Shown here: piece after piece, positions 19,099-28,961 of the stretch | How the letters are laid out: each line of letters starts with the position of its first letter | Position numbering within the stretch: position 1 is the stretch's first letter | Assembly (NCBI GenBank): GCA_963813335.1 | Contig: CAWEYL010000001.1 | Location: 96,001-160,000, forward strand | DNA length: 64,000 nt | Origin: an uncultured Chloroflexia bacterium | Lineage (GTDB): Bacteria > Chloroflexota > Limnocylindria > Limnocylindrales > CSP1-4 | Reading direction: 5' to 3' | The notes under the pieces: generated by a model | Database searches by the model: none | Told to the model about the DNA's origin: nothing | What the model saw: the letters and a program-made list of their open reading frames with translations, nothing else | Program-made: the position numbers and the translations under genes

Positions 19099-20198
19099 CG
19101 GCGCTGGCGTCGAGACCCCACGTCGAGCGCTGGTCGCGCCGGTCGATCGCGCGGACAGCGGTCCTCGGTCTGGCCGTCATCGGCCTCTTCTTCGTGCCCA
19201 CGACGCTCGACACCAACATCACCCAGAAGCTGACCGGCCTCTGGATCCTGATCCTGATGGCCGCGATGTGGAACGCCCTGGCCGGGTACGGCGGCCTCGT
19301 GTCCGTGGGCCAGCAGGCGTTCATCGGCATCGGGGCGTACGCCACCATCTACCTGACCCATGCCGGCGTCGACGGCTACCTCGCGATGGCCGTCGCCGTC
19401 CTGATCACCGCGGTCTTCGGACTCGTGACGTCGTTCGTCGTCCTGCGGCTCCGTGGCGGTGAGTTCGCGATCGCCATGTGGGTGATCGCCGAGGTCTTCC
19501 GCCAGCTGGTCTCGCTCGACATCTCCGTCGGCGGCGGGACCGGGATCTCATTCACGGGCTTGAGCGGGATCGACCCCGACTACCGCCGTGCCTTCACGTA
19601 CTGGTGGGCGCTGGCGGCCGCGGTGACGGCCCTGCTGGTGCTCTTCTTCCTCTTGCGAAGCCGCTATGGCGCGGCGCTCCAGGCGATCCGTGACGACGAG
19701 GCGGCGGCCTCATCACTCGGCGTCCGTGTCCTTTCGAGCAAGCGGTTGATCTTCGTCCTCACCAGCGCCGGTTGCGGGGCGGCGGGTGCGGCGATCCTGG
19801 CGAACACGCTGTTCATCCAGCCGAACACGATCTTCTCGGTCCAGTGGACCGCGATGATGATCTTCATGGTCCTGGTCGGCGGGCTGGGGACCTTCGAGGG
19901 GCCGATCGTCGGGGCACTGATCCTCTTCCTCCTCCAGGACCAGTTCGGCAATGGCGGCGTCTGGTATCTGGTCGGGCTGGGGACGACGGCGATCCTGTTC
20001 GCGCTCTTCCTGCCGCGCGGGATCTGGGGGACGGTCACGGATCGGTTCGACATCCGATTGACGCCGACTGGGTACACGGTGCGCGGCCTGAGCGCCAGTC
20101 TGGGCCTGACGGCAGGACGAGCCGCGACCGATCCGGCCGCGGATACCCCACCTGACCCGCCACCGTCGACCAGCCCGGAGGACAAGGAAGCCCCATGA
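19095..20198 (+). CDS. Liv-type ABC transporter permease (LivM-like)
   Basis: WNALAGYGGLVSVGQQAFIGIGAY, AIRDDEAAA, VGGLGTFEGPIVGA and PRGIWG. Confidence 0.92.
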   Translation: MTALASRPHVERWSRRSIARTAVLGLAVIGLFFVPTTLDTNITQKLTGLWILILMAAMWNALAGYGGLVSVGQQAFIGIGAYATIYLTHAGVDGYLAMAVAVLITAVFGLVTSFVVLRLRGGEFAIAMWVIAEVFRQLVSLDISVGGGTGISFTGLSGIDPDYRRAFTYWWALAAAVTALLVLFFLLRSRYGAALQAIRDDEAAASSLGVRVLSSKRLIFVLTSAGCGAAGAAILANTLFIQPNTIFSVQWTAMMIFMVLVGGLGTFEGPIVGALILFLLQDQFGNGGVWYLVGLGTTAILFALFLPRGIWGTVTDRFDIRLTPTGYTVRGLSASLGLTAGRAATDPAADTPPDPPPSTSPEDKEAP

Positions 20199-21295
20199 AG
20201 ATGACTGCAGCCGTCGTCGACGAGAAGGGCGGACCGTTCGCGCTGCAGGACGTGCAGTTGGGCGGGATCCGCCCGGACGAGCTCCTGGTCAAGGTCCAGG
20301 CAGCCGGCATCTGTCACACGGACATCGTCGTCCGTGACCAGTGGTATCCCGTTCCGTTGCCGGCCGTCCTCGGGCACGAGGGCGGCGGCATCGTCGAGCA
20401 AGTGGGAAGCGCGGTCGTGGGCTTCGACGCCGGCGATCACGTCAGCCTCAGCTTCAACTCCTGCGGGATCTGTCGCCCATGCCTCACCGGTCGGCCGTCG
20501 TACTGCGCCGACTTCTTCGCGCGCAACTTCGGGTCGAGCCGGCCGGATGGAACGAGCGGCCTCTCCCGTGATGGCGGATCGATCAATGGCAACTACTTCG
20601 GGCAATCGAGCTTCGCGACGTACGCCATCGCCAATGTGCGTAGTGCCGTGAAGCTGCCGAAGGACATCCCGTTCGAGGTCGTCGCGCCATTCGGATGCGG
20701 GATCCAGACCGGCGCCGGCTCCGTCCTCAATTCCCTGCGACCGCCTGCCGGCAGCGCCATCGCCGTCTTCGGAGCAGGTTCGGTCGGCCTCGCGGCGATC
20801 ATGGCCGCGAGTCTGTCGGGCTGCACGACCATCATCGCGGTCGATATCGTGCCGGCGAGACTCGAGAAGGCTCGCGAACTTGGAGCGACGCACACGGTCG
20901 ACGGCAAGACAGAGGACGCGGTCGCGCGCATCATCGAGATCACAGGAGGTGGGGCGGATTTCAGCCTGGAGTGCACCGCGTCGCCCAAGGTCCTGCGCCA
21001 GGCACTGGAGTGCCTCGCCCCGGCCGGGGTGTGCGGGCTCATCGGTGCCGCGGCATTCGGCACCGAGGTCACGTTCGACATGAACAGCATCCTGATCCTG
21101 GGTCGAACGGTGCGGGGTCTGGTCGAGGGGGACAGCGTCCCGCAGCTGTTCATCCCGACCCTCGTAGAACTCTGGCGACAGGGCAAGTTCCCGGTCGACC
21201 GGATCGTGTCGACCTACGACTTCGACGCGATCGAGCAAGCGATCCACGACGCCGAAGCCGGCGTCGTCATCAAGCCCGTCCTTGTGATGGCCTAG
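20195..21295 (+). CDS. Zn-dependent aryl-alcohol (benzyl alcohol, XylB-like) dehydrogenase
   Basis: GICHTD, LGHEGGG, structural Zn site CGICRPC...C, YFGQSSFATYA, GCGIQTGAG, GAGSVG and VEGDSVPQLFIP. Confidence 0.88.
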   Translation: MKMTAAVVDEKGGPFALQDVQLGGIRPDELLVKVQAAGICHTDIVVRDQWYPVPLPAVLGHEGGGIVEQVGSAVVGFDAGDHVSLSFNSCGICRPCLTGRPSYCADFFARNFGSSRPDGTSGLSRDGGSINGNYFGQSSFATYAIANVRSAVKLPKDIPFEVVAPFGCGIQTGAGSVLNSLRPPAGSAIAVFGAGSVGLAAIMAASLSGCTTIIAVDIVPARLEKARELGATHTVDGKTEDAVARIIEITGGGADFSLECTASPKVLRQALECLAPAGVCGLIGAAAFGTEVTFDMNSILILGRTVRGLVEGDSVPQLFIPTLVELWRQGKFPVDRIVSTYDFDAIEQAIHDAEAGVVIKPVLVMA

Positions 21296-21315
21296 ACAAC
21301 CAGAAGGAGATCGAG

Positions 21316-22788
21316 ATGGCGACGGCGATCCAGGGCACGAAGTACGAGCATTCGATCGGCGGGACGTGGATGCCCGCCACCGGCGGGAAGACCTTCGACG
21401 ACCGCAACCCGTACACGGGCGAGGTCATCGCGACCGCGGCGGCCGGCACGCGCGAGGATGCCCGCAAGGCCGTCGACGCGGCGGCGGCGGCGTTCCCGGC
21501 CTGGTCGAAGGCGGCGCCCGCCCAGCGACAGCACATCTTCCTGGCGGCTGCGGACATCCTGGAGCGGCGGCGCGACGAGGTCGTGGGCCGGCTCGCGACG
21601 GAGACGGGCTGCACGTTCGGCTTCGCGATGTTCCAGATGGGCTTCGTCCCGGGCCTCTTCCGCCAGGCGGCCGGGCTCGCCTATGCGCCGATCGGCCAGG
21701 TCATCCCCTCCGACAACCCGGGGACGTTCGCGATGGGCATCCGCCGGCCGGTCGGCGTCGTCGCGGCGATCGCCCCCTGGAACGCTGCGCTGATCCTGTC
21801 CGCGCGGGCGATCGCGTCACCGCTCGTGGCGGGCAACACCGTCGTCCTGAAGCCGTCGCAGGACTCGCCGTTCGTGGGCGGCCTGCTGTGGGCTGAGGTC
21901 TTCGAGGAGGCCGGGCTGCCGCCCGGCGTGCTCAACGTGGTCACCCATGCGCCCGGCGACGGCTCGAAGATCGGCGACGAGTTCGCCGAGAACCCGGCCG
22001 TCCGGCGGATCAACTTCACGGGCTCGGCCGGGACCGGGCGCCGGATCGCCGAAGCGGCGGGACGCAACCTGAAGCGGGTCGTCCTCGAGCTCGGTGGCAG
22101 CAACCCGCTCCTCGTGCTGCGCGACGCCGACATCGGCTATGCCGTCGACGCGGCTGCCTTCGGCGCCTACCTCCACCAGGGCCAGATCTGCATGTCGACC
22201 CGGCGGATCTTCGTCGAGGCGCCCATCGCCGAGGAGTTCACGGGACGCCTCGCCGCCAAGGTGGCGGGCCTGAAGATGGGCGATCCGCTGCAGATGGACA
22301 CGATCATCGGGCCGCTCATCAACAAGGAAGCCTTCGACTCGGTGTCGTCGCGCGTGCGCGATGCCGTGAAGGACGGCGCGCGACTGCTCGCCGGCGGGAC
22401 GTCGGAGGGCCTCGTCTATGCCGCCACCCTGCTGGCGGACGTCCCGGAAACGAGTGACATCGCCAAGCACGAGACGTTCGGGCCGGTCGCCACGGTCGAG
22501 GTCGTCGCCGACGAGGACGCCGGCGTGGCGCGCGCGAACGCGACGTCGTACGGCCTGTCCGCCGGGATCATCACCAGCGACGCCGACAAGGGCCTGGCCA
22601 TCGCCGACCGGATCGAGGCCGGCATCGTCCACGTGAACGACCAGACTGTGGGCGACGAACCGCAGATGCCGTTCGGTGGCGTCAAGGACAGCGGCTGGGG
22701 CCGGTTCGGCGGCACGGCCGCCCTCGACGAGTTCACCGAGCTCAAGTGGGTGACGGTGCAGAGCGGCAGCCACCCGTATCCGTTCTGA
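21316..22788 (+). CDS. Aromatic aldehyde dehydrogenase (benzaldehyde/vanillin dehydrogenase-like)
   Basis: IAPWNA, FTGS, LELGGSNP, HQGQICMS (catalytic Cys), ETFGP and PFGGVKDSGWGRFGG. RBS AAGGAG. Confidence 0.9.
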   Translation: MATAIQGTKYEHSIGGTWMPATGGKTFDDRNPYTGEVIATAAAGTREDARKAVDAAAAAFPAWSKAAPAQRQHIFLAAADILERRRDEVVGRLATETGCTFGFAMFQMGFVPGLFRQAAGLAYAPIGQVIPSDNPGTFAMGIRRPVGVVAAIAPWNAALILSARAIASPLVAGNTVVLKPSQDSPFVGGLLWAEVFEEAGLPPGVLNVVTHAPGDGSKIGDEFAENPAVRRINFTGSAGTGRRIAEAAGRNLKRVVLELGGSNPLLVLRDADIGYAVDAAAFGAYLHQGQICMSTRRIFVEAPIAEEFTGRLAAKVAGLKMGDPLQMDTIIGPLINKEAFDSVSSRVRDAVKDGARLLAGGTSEGLVYAATLLADVPETSDIAKHETFGPVATVEVVADEDAGVARANATSYGLSAGIITSDADKGLAIADRIEAGIVHVNDQTVGDEPQMPFGGVKDSGWGRFGGTAALDEFTELKWVTVQSGSHPYPF

Positions 22789-22797
22789 GCCGGATGG

Positions 22798-24018
22798 TCA
22801 CGGCGTCGGGCGCAGGCGGACGCGCTCCGGGCCGAGCTCGGCGACGCTCGAGACGCCGAGCAGCTGCATCGTCCGCATGGCCTCCTTGCGGAGGAGTTCG
22901 CCGGCGCGCGCCACGCCGCGCTCGCCACCGGCCATCAGCCCGTACAGGTAGGCCCGACCGACGAGGGCGGCCCGCGCACCCATCGCCACCGCCGCGATCA
23001 CGTCGGCGCCGCTCATGATCCCGCCGTCCACGAAGACCTCGGCACGGTCACCCACGGCCGCGGCGATGGCCGGGAGTTGCTCCAGCGGGGTGGCGGCGCG
23101 GTCCAGCTGGCGGCCGCCGTGGTTGGAGACGACGATGGCGTCGGCGCCGGCATCGACCACCGCCCGCGCGTCGTCGACGGTCTGGATCCCCTTGATCACG
23201 AGGGGACCCTTCCAGGCGTCGCGCAGCCAGCCGAAGTCGGCGATCGTGACGGTCGGGTCGAAGACCCGGTTGATCAGGTCGGCGACCGTGCCGCCCGTCT
23301 CGGTGAAGACCGCGAACTGGAGGGGATCGGTGGTCAGCTTGTCGATCCACCAGCCGGGATGCCGGCCCATGTCCACGAGGGTCCGGAGCGACAGCGTCGG
23401 CGGGATCGTGAAGCCGTTGTGGACATCCCGAAGCCGGGCGCCGGCGACCGGCGTGTCGACGGTCAGCACCAGCGCCGAGAACCCGGCGGCCTGGGCGCGT
23501 CGCACCAGGTCGACTCCCGCCTCCCGGTCGCTCCACAGGTAGAGCTGGAACCAGCGGTCCGTGCCAGGTGATGCGAGCGCGACGGCCTCGGGGGACGTCG
23601 TGCCGAGGGTGGACAGGACGTACGGGATGCCGAGGCGCCCTGCGACGCGGGTGACCGCGGGTTCGCCCTCCTGGTGCATCAGCCGTGTGAACCCGGTCGG
23701 GGCGAAGACCAGCGGCATCGCCGACGGGCGGCCGAGGATCGTCGTCGAGAGATCGACCGTCGAGACGTCGCGCAGCACGCTCGGGACGAACTCGATCCGG
23801 GCGTACGATTCGCGCGAGCGCCGCAGGCTCGCCTCGGTCTCGGCGGCCCCGTCGGTGTAGTCGAAGACGGCCCGCGGAACGTGCCGGCGGGCGACGTTCC
23901 GGAGGTCCCAGATGGTCGCGGCCGAGGCGAGGCGCCGCTCGACCGGCGCCAGGTGGATCGGACCGGTCCGCAGGTACGGCCGGACCTCGGACGGGCGGGG
24001 GAGTCGGCGACGCGTCAT
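22798..24018 (-). CDS. FMN-dependent alpha-hydroxy-acid oxidase/dehydrogenase (LldD-like)
   Basis: VFDYTDGAAE, APTG, WFQLY, LTVDTPVAGARLRD, SNHGGRQLD and DGGIMSG. Confidence 0.92.
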   Translation of the reverse strand: MTRRRLPRPSEVRPYLRTGPIHLAPVERRLASAATIWDLRNVARRHVPRAVFDYTDGAAETEASLRRSRESYARIEFVPSVLRDVSTVDLSTTILGRPSAMPLVFAPTGFTRLMHQEGEPAVTRVAGRLGIPYVLSTLGTTSPEAVALASPGTDRWFQLYLWSDREAGVDLVRRAQAAGFSALVLTVDTPVAGARLRDVHNGFTIPPTLSLRTLVDMGRHPGWWIDKLTTDPLQFAVFTETGGTVADLINRVFDPTVTIADFGWLRDAWKGPLVIKGIQTVDDARAVVDAGADAIVVSNHGGRQLDRAATPLEQLPAIAAAVGDRAEVFVDGGIMSGADVIAAVAMGARAALVGRAYLYGLMAGGERGVARAGELLRKEAMRTMQLLGVSSVAELGPERVRLRPTP

Positions 24019-24098
24019 CGGATGCCCACGGCGGCAGTATCCCCGATGCTCCGGGCCCACTGCGCGGTACTCGACGTCGGCGAGCTCCTCGCTCGGGC

Positions 24099-26087
24099 CT
24101 AGACCGCCTCGTCGAGCGGTTGCGCGAACTGGGACTCGTAGAGGTTCGCGTAGGCGCCCTTGCGCGCGAGCAACCCGTCGTGCGTCCCCTGCTCGACGAT
24201 GTGGCCGGCCTCCATCACCAGGATCATGTCGGCGTCGCGGATCGTTGACAGTCGATGGGCGATCACGAACGTCGTGCGCCCCTCCATCAGCTTCTTCATC
24301 GCCCGCTGGATGAGGACCTCGGTGCGCGTGTCGACCGAGCTCGTGGCCTCGTCGAGGATGAGCACCGGCGGGTCGGCCAGGAAGGCCCGGGCGATGGTCA
24401 GGAGCTGCTTCTCCCCGGCTGACAGGTTGGTGGCGTCGTCGTCGATGACCGTCTCGTAGCCGTCCGGCAGCGTGCGCACGAAGTGGTCGACGTGGGCCGC
24501 CTCGGCCGCCGCGATGATGTCCGCCTCGCTGGCGTCCTCGCGCCCGTAGGCGATGTTCTCGCGGATGGTGCCGTTGAAGAGCCAGGTGTCCTGGAGGACC
24601 ATCCCGAAGGTCTTGCGCAGGTCGTCGCGAGTGAGCTCGCGCGAGTCGATGCCGTCGACCGTGATCCGCCCGCCGTCGAGCTCGTAGAAGCGCATCAGCA
24701 GGTTGACCAGCGTGGTCTTGCCCGCGCCGGTCGGCCCGACGATGGCGATCGTGTCACCCGCGTCGGCGACCAGGTGCAGGTCGTCGATCAGCGGCCGTTC
24801 CGGCTCGTAGCGGAACGAGACGTCCTCGAAGGCGACCGCACCCTTCGCCCGGCCCAGCACCTGCGGCGCGACGGGGTCGGGGATCTCCTCGGTCTCGTCG
24901 AGCAGCTCGAAGACGCGCTCCGCGGACGCGGCCGCGGACTGCAGGACGTTGACGATGCTGGCGGTCTGGATGAGCGGGAACGTGAACTGGCGCGAGTACT
25001 GGATGAACGCCACGACGTCGCCCAGCGACATCTTGCCGCTCACGACCTGGAGCCCGCCGATGACCGCGATCGCGACGTAGTTGAGGTTGGCGATGAAGTT
25101 CATGACCGGCTGGATGATCCCGGAGATGAACTGGGCCTTGTAGGACGCGTCGTAGAGCTTGTCGTTCTCCGTCTCGAAGGTGGCGATCGCCTCCTGCTGC
25201 CGGCCGAAGAGCTTGACGATGCTGTGGCCGGTGTGGCTCTCCTCGACGTGGCCGTTGAGCGTCCCGGTGGATGCCCACTGCTTGACGAACTGCGGCTGCG
25301 AGCGCCGGATGATCAGCGCGGTCGCGACCAGCGACAGGGGGACCGCGAGCAGCGAGACCACCGCGAGGAGCGGGCTGATCGTCAGCATCATGATCAGCAC
25401 GCCGATGATCGTGAACAGCGACGTGATGAGCTGGGTGAGCGTCTGCTGGAGGGACTGTCCGATGTTGTCGATGTCGTTGGTGACCCGGCTCAGCAGGTCG
25501 CCTCGCGAGTGGCCGTCGAAGTAGCGCAGCGGCAGGCGGGCGAGCTTGCGGTCGACCTGCTCGCGCAGCCGGTAGACGGTCCGCTGGGTGACCCCGGCCA
25601 TGATGTAGGCCTGTGCCCAGCTGAAGGCCGCGCTCAGGACGTAGAGGATCGCGAGGAAGCCGAGGATCCGCGCCAGCGCCCCGAAGTCGATGCCGACGCC
25701 AGGCGTCAGCGTGAGGCTGCCGAGGAAGTCCGCCAGCTGGTTCTGGCCCGAGGCGCGAAGGCCCGCGATGACCTGCTCCTGCGTCGCCCCGGCGGGGAGC
25801 TGGCCGCTGATCGACCCGGCCACGATCAGGTTGATCGCCTCGCCGAGGATCTTCGGGCCGACCACCGCGAATGAGACGCTGACGATCGCCAGCAGGACGA
25901 CCACCAGGATCAGCAGGCGTTCCGGGCGCAGCTCGCCGAACAGCCGCCGCAGCGCGCCGCGGAAGTCCGTCGGCTTGCCCACGGGCATGCCCATGCCCAT
26001 CATCCCCGGGCCGCCGCCGGGACGGCGCGGCGGCGCGCCGGGTGGAGGACCGGCCGGGGGACCGCCGGCGCCGGGTCGCCCGCTCAT
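24099..26087 (-). CDS. Heterodimeric ABC exporter subunit (TMD+NBD, TM288-like)
   Basis: GDLLSRVTNDID, GPTGAGKTT, LSAGEKQLLTIARA, ILDEATSSVD and IAHRLSTI. Confidence 0.93.
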   Translation of the reverse strand: MSGRPGAGGPPAGPPPGAPPRRPGGGPGMMGMGMPVGKPTDFRGALRRLFGELRPERLLILVVVLLAIVSVSFAVVGPKILGEAINLIVAGSISGQLPAGATQEQVIAGLRASGQNQLADFLGSLTLTPGVGIDFGALARILGFLAILYVLSAAFSWAQAYIMAGVTQRTVYRLREQVDRKLARLPLRYFDGHSRGDLLSRVTNDIDNIGQSLQQTLTQLITSLFTIIGVLIMMLTISPLLAVVSLLAVPLSLVATALIIRRSQPQFVKQWASTGTLNGHVEESHTGHSIVKLFGRQQEAIATFETENDKLYDASYKAQFISGIIQPVMNFIANLNYVAIAVIGGLQVVSGKMSLGDVVAFIQYSRQFTFPLIQTASIVNVLQSAAASAERVFELLDETEEIPDPVAPQVLGRAKGAVAFEDVSFRYEPERPLIDDLHLVADAGDTIAIVGPTGAGKTTLVNLLMRFYELDGGRITVDGIDSRELTRDDLRKTFGMVLQDTWLFNGTIRENIAYGREDASEADIIAAAEAAHVDHFVRTLPDGYETVIDDDATNLSAGEKQLLTIARAFLADPPVLILDEATSSVDTRTEVLIQRAMKKLMEGRTTFVIAHRLSTIRDADMILVMEAGHIVEQGTHDGLLARKGAYANLYESQFAQPLDEAV

Positions 26088-27823
26088 CCCGCGGCCTCCT
26101 CGACGGAGAGCTGCGAGTAGACGATCTCCTGGTAGGTCTCGTTCGTGGCGAGCAGCTCCGGATGCGTGCCCACGCCGACGACCCGGCCGTCATCGAGGAC
26201 CACGATCCGGTCGGCCTTCATGATCGTGCCGACGCGCTGCGCGACGATGATCACCGTGGCGTCGCCGAGCTCGCGGCCCAGTGCGGCGCGCAGGCGCGCG
26301 TCGGTCGCGAAGTCGAGGGCCGAGAAGCTGTCGTCGAAGACGAAGATCGGCGCCCGCTTGACGAGCGCCCGGGCGATCGCGAGCCGCTGCCGCTGGCCGC
26401 CCGAGACGTTCGTCCCGCCCTGGGTGATCGGCGCCTCGAGGCCGCCCTCCATGGCCTCGACGAAGTCGCGCCCCTGCGCGATGGTCAGCGCCTCCCAGAG
26501 AGCCTCGTCGGTGGCGTCCTGGTCGCCGAAGCGCAGGTTCGATGCGACCGTCCCACTGAAGAGGAACGCCTTCTGCGGGATGAACCCGATCTGCCCCCAC
26601 AGGTCCTCGCGGGCCATCTGGCGCACGTCCACGCCGTCGACCGTCACGGATCCGCCCGTCACGTCGTAGAGCCGCGGGATGAGGTTGATCAGCGTGGTCT
26701 TGCCGCTGCCGGTGCTGCCGATGATCGCGGTGGTCTCGCCCGGCTGGGCCGCGAACGAGATCGCGTGGAGGACCGGCTCCTCGGCGCCCGGATAGCCGAA
26801 CTCGACGTCGTGGAACTCGACGAGGCCGGGCCGCCCGATCGGGGTCGGCTTGAGCGGGTCGGCCGGGTCGGTGATCGCCGGCTCGGTCTTGAGGACCTCC
26901 TGGATGCGGCCCGCGGAGACCGTCGCGCGGGGGATCAGGATGAACATGAAGACCGCGGTCAGGACCGCGAACAGGATCTGGGCGAGGTACTGCATGAACG
27001 CGGTCAGCGCGCCGATCTGCATCGCCCCGCTGTCCACGCGGATCGCGCCGAACCACACCACCGCGACCGTCGAGAGCTGGAAGATCGCCGAGATCACCGG
27101 GATCGTGATGGCGAAGAGGCGGCTGGTCTTGAGCGCGGTCTGGAAGAGGTCGTCGCTCGCGACGTCGAAGCGGGCCTCCTCGCGCGGCGTCTGCACGAAC
27201 GCCCGGATCACCCGCATGCCCGAGAGGGTCTCGCGCATGACCTGGTTGATGCGGTCGATCTTGACCTGCATGACCCGGAAGAGCGGGACAGCCCGGCTCA
27301 TGACGAGCCCGATCACCAGGGCCATCAGCGGCAGGATGATCAGCAGCAGCCCCGACAGCGGCACGTCGGTCCGCAGCGCCATGATGATCCCGCCGACGAT
27401 CAGGATGGGTGCGGAGACCAGGATCGTCAGGCCCATGAAGACCGTCGTCTGGACCTGCTGGACGTCGTTGGTGTTGCGGGTGATCAGCGACGCCGGGCCG
27501 AAGTGGTTGACCTCGACCTGCGAGAACGTCTCGACCTTGGTGAAGATGGCCGAGCGGACGTCGCGCCCGAAGCCCATCGCGATGCGGGCGCCGCCGTACA
27601 CCGCGAGCACCGAGGCGACGCCGAGCAGTCCGGTCACCACCAGCATCAGGGCGCCGACGCGGATGATGTAGTCCGTGTCGCCCTTGGCGATGCCGTTGTC
27701 GATGATGTCGGCGTTGAGGTCCGGCAGGTACAGGTTGCCGATCGCGCCGATCAGCAGCAGGACCAGGACGGCCGCCAGCGGCGCCGCATACGGGCGTAGG
27801 TAGGTCCTGAGGAGGGCGATCAT
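26084..27823 (-). CDS. Heterodimeric ABC exporter subunit with degenerate site (TM287-like)
   Basis: SLITRNTNDVQQVQ, GSTGSGKTT and NVSGGQRQR. Degenerate Walker B FDDSFSALD and switch VAQR. Confidence 0.93.
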   Translation of the reverse strand: MIALLRTYLRPYAAPLAAVLVLLLIGAIGNLYLPDLNADIIDNGIAKGDTDYIIRVGALMLVVTGLLGVASVLAVYGGARIAMGFGRDVRSAIFTKVETFSQVEVNHFGPASLITRNTNDVQQVQTTVFMGLTILVSAPILIVGGIIMALRTDVPLSGLLLIILPLMALVIGLVMSRAVPLFRVMQVKIDRINQVMRETLSGMRVIRAFVQTPREEARFDVASDDLFQTALKTSRLFAITIPVISAIFQLSTVAVVWFGAIRVDSGAMQIGALTAFMQYLAQILFAVLTAVFMFILIPRATVSAGRIQEVLKTEPAITDPADPLKPTPIGRPGLVEFHDVEFGYPGAEEPVLHAISFAAQPGETTAIIGSTGSGKTTLINLIPRLYDVTGGSVTVDGVDVRQMAREDLWGQIGFIPQKAFLFSGTVASNLRFGDQDATDEALWEALTIAQGRDFVEAMEGGLEAPITQGGTNVSGGQRQRLAIARALVKRAPIFVFDDSFSALDFATDARLRAALGRELGDATVIIVAQRVGTIMKADRIVVLDDGRVVGVGTHPELLATNETYQEIVYSQLSVEEAAG

Positions 27824-27898
27824 CGGGGGGTCGCGCTGGGCCGCGCGATATTCAATGTCAAGTGGATAATCTATGTCATCCGTAGCGACGGCGCAACG

Positions 27899-28786
27899 TC
27901 AGCCGAGGGCCGCCCCCACCCGGTCGCGGAGTACTGGATCCGTGAAGACGAGCACGATGTCGCCGCCGGCGCCGCGGACGTCCAGGGCCGGGTCGCCGCT
28001 GCGTAGGTGCCACAGCCGCACCCGACGGGCGGCCCCGCCGCGCCGGACGGGCACGGGCCGCTCGACCCCGCCGTCGGCGACCGTGAGCTGGGCGACATCG
28101 GGGCCGGGCGTCACGGTCACGATGCATGGCCTCGGTCCGGACAGCGGCGCGTTCTCCGAGCGGATCCAGCCGGCCCACGCCGCGGGCACGCCATCGCTCG
28201 GCGCCGGTCGGACCGGGTCGCTCGGCATCGACACCGCCCGTCCGCCGCGCTCCGGGCGAACCACGGGGTAGCCCATCCGCAGGCCGATCGCGATGAGCAC
28301 GCCCACGATCCCCGGCACGAGGATCAGCCAGAACCGGTCGTCCTGGCGCGGTTCGGCCACGGCGTCGGCGTCGAACCAGCCGATGTAGCCGGTCCCGTTC
28401 GGGCCGGTGGCGGAGAGGGTGCCGGTGAGGGTGATCGGTCCAAGCGGCAGTGCGGAGAGGGCCAGGACGTTGACGTAGGAGGTGCCATCGGCCGGGTCGA
28501 CCAGCTCGTACAGGAGGGGCTGGACCGCGTTGTTGGCCGAGCGCAGGTTTCCCTCGATCCGGAACCACGAGGTCATCGCCGGGATGCGCTGGTAGCGGAC
28601 GTCGTCAAAGGTGATGTCGGTCGGCCGCTTCGAGCTCCCGATCCAGAGGGTCGGCACCGCGGAGACCAGCAGGAGGACGACGACCAGGGCGCGCGCCCCG
28701 GTTCGCGAGCCGCCCATGAGCCCCTGGGCGCCGGCTCCCAGCGCGCCGATGGCCGCGAGCAGTCGGTCGAGCAACGTCATCACCAT
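27899..28786 (-). CDS. Hypothetical membrane protein (two hydrophobic segments around an extracellular region)
   Basis: Open frame with GC3-rich codons, TM-like ALVVVLLLVSAVPTLWIG and FWLILVPGIVGVLIAIGL. TAGACT -10-like box just upstream. No family recognised. Confidence 0.65.
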   Translation of the reverse strand: MVMTLLDRLLAAIGALGAGAQGLMGGSRTGARALVVVLLLVSAVPTLWIGSSKRPTDITFDDVRYQRIPAMTSWFRIEGNLRSANNAVQPLLYELVDPADGTSYVNVLALSALPLGPITLTGTLSATGPNGTGYIGWFDADAVAEPRQDDRFWLILVPGIVGVLIAIGLRMGYPVVRPERGGRAVSMPSDPVRPAPSDGVPAAWAGWIRSENAPLSGPRPCIVTVTPGPDVAQLTVADGGVERPVPVRRGGAARRVRLWHLRSGDPALDVRGAGGDIVLVFTDPVLRDRVGAALG

Positions 28787-28961
28787 CGCGGCCCGGAGTC
28801 TAGGGCAAACGACAAGGCCGAACGTCCTCCCGTTTCGGGGGCCTTCGGCAGGTGCGGCCGCGACGGCCTGTCGGCGACGCTGATGCCTCGGACGGGCCGT
28901 CACGAGCGGCTCGTCCGCGTCATCGCGCCGCGCGACCGGTCGCGGCCACCAGGGGCAGGAC

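Noticed and set aside
22798-24018. (4-Hydroxy)mandelate dehydrogenase as part of the aromatic cluster
   Set aside because: It is on the opposite strand, has no GTCC-N7-GGAC operator or benzoylformate decarboxylase nearby, and looks like a generic LldD-type enzyme.
24483-27799. Long antisense and alternative-frame ORFs here and throughout (e.g. 4884..7385, 35648..38440, 54898..57564)
   Set aside because: These are expected shadow ORFs in high-GC DNA. They are Arg/Pro/Gly-rich and overlap well-supported genes.
27861-27869. DnaA box / replication origin
   Set aside because: Single 8/9 match, no box cluster and no dnaA context.
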